Shown piece by piece: positions 62,520 through 64,000 of a stretch of DNA of 64,000 nt. The stretch is from an uncultured Gemmatimonadaceae bacterium (GTDB lineage Bacteria > Gemmatimonadota > Gemmatimonadetes > Gemmatimonadales > Gemmatimonadaceae): NCBI GenBank assembly GCA_963843845.1, contig CAWJMB010000005.1, positions 64,001 through 128,000 of the forward strand. Direction: 5' to 3'. Under the pieces are notes generated by a model. It was not told where the DNA came from, did no database searches, and was given only the letters and a program-made list of their open reading frames with translations. Within the stretch, counting starts at the first letter, position 1. Each line of letters begins with the position of its first letter. Both the position numbers and the translations under genes were made by a program.

Positions 62520-62671
62520 GGAAGGGGAGCGACCGCCCTAACTCTATCGCGCGGTGAGCAGCGCGTCGCCACACCGGCCCAACGTCGCCGGATCGCTCGC
62601 CCGCCGGCACACGCCATGCGCACCGGGGCGAGCGCTCCACTCCTCACTCACTCGTTCCAGGCACACCGCTC

Positions 62672-62905
62672 ATGGCAGACGCAAGCGCGATCCGCGACCA
62701 CATGGAGGTCATCGGCGCCGACGGCAGTCACATCGGCACGGTCGACCACCTCGACGGCGACCGCATCAAGCTCACCAAGAAGGACCGTGGCGCCGGCGAC
62801 AAGCATCACTGGCTTCCCGTGGCGATGGTCGCCGACGTCGAGGGCGACAAGGTCCGCATGTCGTTCAACGGCGAGCTGACGCCCAACTTCTGGGAAGAGC
62901 AATAG
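62672..62905 (+). CDS. DUF2171-like small protein
   Basis: HMEVIGADGSHIGTVDHLDGDRIKLTKKD...HHWLP. Confidence 0.88.
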   Translation: MADASAIRDHMEVIGADGSHIGTVDHLDGDRIKLTKKDRGAGDKHHWLPVAMVADVEGDKVRMSFNGELTPNFWEEQ

Positions 62906-62916
62906 GACCGTCGATC

Positions 62917-64000
62917 TCAGCGCGCCCGGCGGCCTCTCGGTAACGCGAGCACGAACTCGGAGCCGACGCCGGGCTCGCTCGTCACGGTCAGCTCGCCCCC
63001 CATCCCGCGCGCGAACGCGCGGCTGATCGCCAGGCCGAGCCCCGTGCCGCCCTGCGCGCGGGTGAGGCGCGAGTCGACCTGCACGAACGGCTCGAAGATC
63101 GCGTCGCACTGATCGTTCGGGATGCCGATCCCCGTATCGCGCACGCGCACGACGACGCGCGACGCCGCCAGCTCGCAGCTCAACGTGATCGTCCCGCCCG
63201 ACGGCGTGAACTTCACGCCGTTCGCGAGCAGGTTGAGCAGGATCTGCTGCACCTTCGCGCTGTCCGCCCGCGCCACGACGGCGCTGTCGCACTCCGCGCT
63301 GTCGATCGTGACGCCCTTCGTCCGCGCCTGCGGCAGGACCAGCACCGACGACGCCTCGATCGCCTCGCGGAGCGTGACGTCGGTGAACTCGTAGTGCACG
63401 CGCTGGGCGTCGATCTTCGAGTAGCTGAGCACGTCGTTGATGAGGCCGAGCAGGTGCTGCTGACTGCGCCGGATGCGATCGAGCGCCTCGCGCTGCTGCT
63501 CGTTCACGGCCCCGTAGAGCTCGTCGGCGAGCAGCTCCGTGAAGCCGCCGATCGCGTTCAGCGGCGTGCGCAGCTCGTGACTCATCGTCGCGAGAAAATC
63601 CGAGCGCACGCGGCTCGCCGCCTCCGCCGCGCCGCGCGCCCGGCGCTCCGCCTCGAGCAACTCCGCCTTCTCGCGCTCGTGCTGGCGCCGGTCCGTGACA
63701 TCCTCGCAGACGATGTTCACGCCGATGATCTCGCCGTCCAGGCCGCGCAGCGGGAGAAAGTGTTCGCGCCACACACGCTGCGTGCCAGAGTGCGCCGTCG
63801 TCTCGCCGACGACCTCGACGTCCAGTACGGGCTCGCCACGTTCCAGCACCTGTCGCAGCACCGGCTCGGCGGACTCGGCCACGGTCGGGATGAGGTCGTG
63901 GATGTGGCGACCGATGTGCGCCTCGGGAGGAAAGCCGTTCATCGCGGCGAGGTGCTCGTTGATGCGGACCCAGCGCAGCTCGGTGTCGAGCACGCACAGC
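62917..64000 (-). CDS. PAS-domain sensor histidine kinase (5' end outside window)
   Basis: PAS (INEHLAAMNG), H-box SHELRTPLN, N-box NLLANGVKFT, DTGIGI, GTGLGL. Confidence 0.95.
   Translation of the reverse strand, partial: LCVLDTELRWVRINEHLAAMNGFPPEAHIGRHIHDLIPTVAESAEPVLRQVLERGEPVLDVEVVGETTAHSGTQRVWREHFLPLRGLDGEIIGVNIVCEDVTDRRQHEREKAELLEAERRARGAAEAASRVRSDFLATMSHELRTPLNAIGGFTELLADELYGAVNEQQREALDRIRRSQQHLLGLINDVLSYSKIDAQRVHYEFTDVTLREAIEASSVLVLPQARTKGVTIDSAECDSAVVARADSAKVQQILLNLLANGVKFTPSGGTITLSCELAASRVVVRVRDTGIGIPNDQCDAIFEPFVQVDSRLTRAQGGTGLGLAISRAFARGMGGELTVTSEPGVGSEFVLALPRGRRAR

Overview
High-GC bacterial DNA (about 70% or more by eye). The mix of SusC/SusD pairs, PEP-CTERM proteins and codon style suggests Gemmatimonadota (inference). 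Patches of single-base indels break even essential genes (hisA/B/F/N, murB), as expected from an unpolished long-read assembly, so many listed ORFs are fragments or chimaeras. Contents in order: most of a his operon (hisD-C-H-A-B-F-N-IE); an M16 peptidase pair; murB; two PEP-CTERM proteins (one of 1904 aa, followed by two small paralogous membrane proteins); an ABC-F ATPase; thiO; an iodotyrosine-deiodinase-like flavoprotein; several hydrolases and oxidoreductases; GGT; two SusC/SusD pairs; dctA; a partial PAS histidine kinase. No rRNA, tRNA, CRISPR, transposase or integrase was seen. Best candidate for an undescribed system: the divergent locus at about 45.5-61.2 kb, whose gene families match almost step by step a CoA/pantetheine/pantothenate scavenging and catabolic route. 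All substrate assignments there are inference and one aldehyde dehydrogenase step is unaccounted for. Two DNA-level signals also stand out: heptamer-repeat hairpins that mostly sit inside coding sequence, and an over-represented octamer CGTTAGGC that accounts for most TTA codons seen.
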